Of a stretch of DNA of 64,000 nucleotides, positions 63,567 to 64,000 are shown piece after piece; position 1 is the stretch's first letter, and every line of letters starts with the position of its first letter. A program made the position numbers and the translations under genes. Source of the DNA: an uncultured virus (IMG/VR IMGVR_UViG_3300046782_000829) (lineage: Duplodnaviria; Heunggongvirae; Uroviricota; Caudoviricetes). Under the pieces are notes generated by a model that was not told the DNA's origin, ran no database searches, and saw only the letters and a program-made list of their open reading frames with translations. The DNA lies in IMG/VR virus record IMGVR_UViG_3300046782_000829; one strand, 5' to 3'.

Positions 63567-64000
63567 ATGCGAACTATCTGCGGGGCCCCCGGGATCGAGC
63601 ACCTAACGCCGGACGAACTACGGGGGTTCTGCGGGACCGCCGACCAACTCTCGATACAGCCGGATTGGCTCGCATGCGTCGTCTCGTTCGAAACCGCCGG
63701 GACCTTCAGCCCGAGTCAGCGGAACCGGTGGGCCGTCATCGACGCGCAGAAGCGCGGCGTTCCGTATCAGGGGGCCGTCGGGCTGATCCAGTTCATGCCC
63801 TCGACCGCGAAGCTGCTCGGCACGTCCCCCTACGGGCTCGCCCAGATGACGGTCCTGGAGCAGCTCCCGTTCGTCGAGCGATACCTCGGCTCGTACCGCG
63901 GCCGGATGGACTCGCTCGAGAACACGTACCTGGGGGTCTTCTACCCGGCCGCGATCGGACAGGAAGATTCGTGGGTCGTGGCGGCCCGCGATGGGTCGAA
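63567..64000 (+). CDS. Lytic transglycosylase (SLT/lysozyme-like), probable endolysin, truncated by the window edge
   Basis: Manual translation: WLACVVSFETAGTFSPS...GAVGLIQFMPSTAKLLGT...EQLPFVERYL...YLGVFYPAAIG. Confidence 0.85.
   Translation, partial: MRTICGAPGIEHLTPDELRGFCGTADQLSIQPDWLACVVSFETAGTFSPSQRNRWAVIDAQKRGVPYQGAVGLIQFMPSTAKLLGTSPYGLAQMTVLEQLPFVERYLGSYRGRMDSLENTYLGVFYPAAIGQEDSWVVAARDGS

Noticed and set aside
1..64000. Many long plus-strand ORFs in the supplied track (e.g. 10300..11538, 33404..34624, 46010..47491, 57847..59019)
   Set aside because: They are antisense shadows of well-supported minus-strand genes in high-GC DNA and have no recognisable motifs.
1..64000. Abundant GATC, CGATCG and GCGATCGC resembling cyanobacterial HIP1
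   Set aside because: Plausibly explained by codon usage (GCG ATC, TCG, GAT C); enrichment cannot be shown without computation.
1..64000. Terminase, integrase, tRNA or rRNA genes
   Set aside because: None recognised by eye, so lifestyle and packaging mode cannot be assigned from this window; a tRNA scan was not run.

Overview
The whole window is part of a GC-rich tailed dsDNA phage genome with a contractile tail (myovirus morphotype), and almost all genes lie on the minus strand. Reading from position 64000 down to 1, it holds: (1) a truncated plus-strand lytic transglycosylase and small accessory genes under promoters overlapped by tandem GTCTAGAC palindromes, including a beta-clamp-like protein, an RHH regulator, three Zn-peptidases and a metallophosphoesterase; (2) a lower-GC adsorption cluster with a 1429-aa beta-helix tailspike; (3) head genes (portal, MuF, scaffold, major capsid); (4) neck, sheath, tube, a tail chaperone with a -1 frameshift site, tape measure and baseplate; (5) holin/spanin-like genes; (6) a structured 370-bp intergenic region that looks like an origin; (7) a replication/recombination block (SF2 helicase, DnaB, DnaG, sigma factor, PolB, SSB-like, RecA, SbcCD, resolvase); (8) a probable DNA-glycosylation cassette (ParB-like protein, GREB1/TAGT-type glycosyltransferase, UDP-glucuronate decarboxylase) that runs off the left edge. 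The notable non-coding signals are a perfect 20-bp palindrome ACCGCGCCGCGCGGCGCGGT (8 exact copies plus 1 near copy) and a family of sigma70-like promoters, many of them apparently leaderless. I recognised no terminase, integrase, tRNA or CRISPR array. All product calls rest on motifs recognised by eye and on gene order; no database search was run. Many start coordinates were re-chosen from the ORF track using stop/start overlaps, RBS or promoter position.
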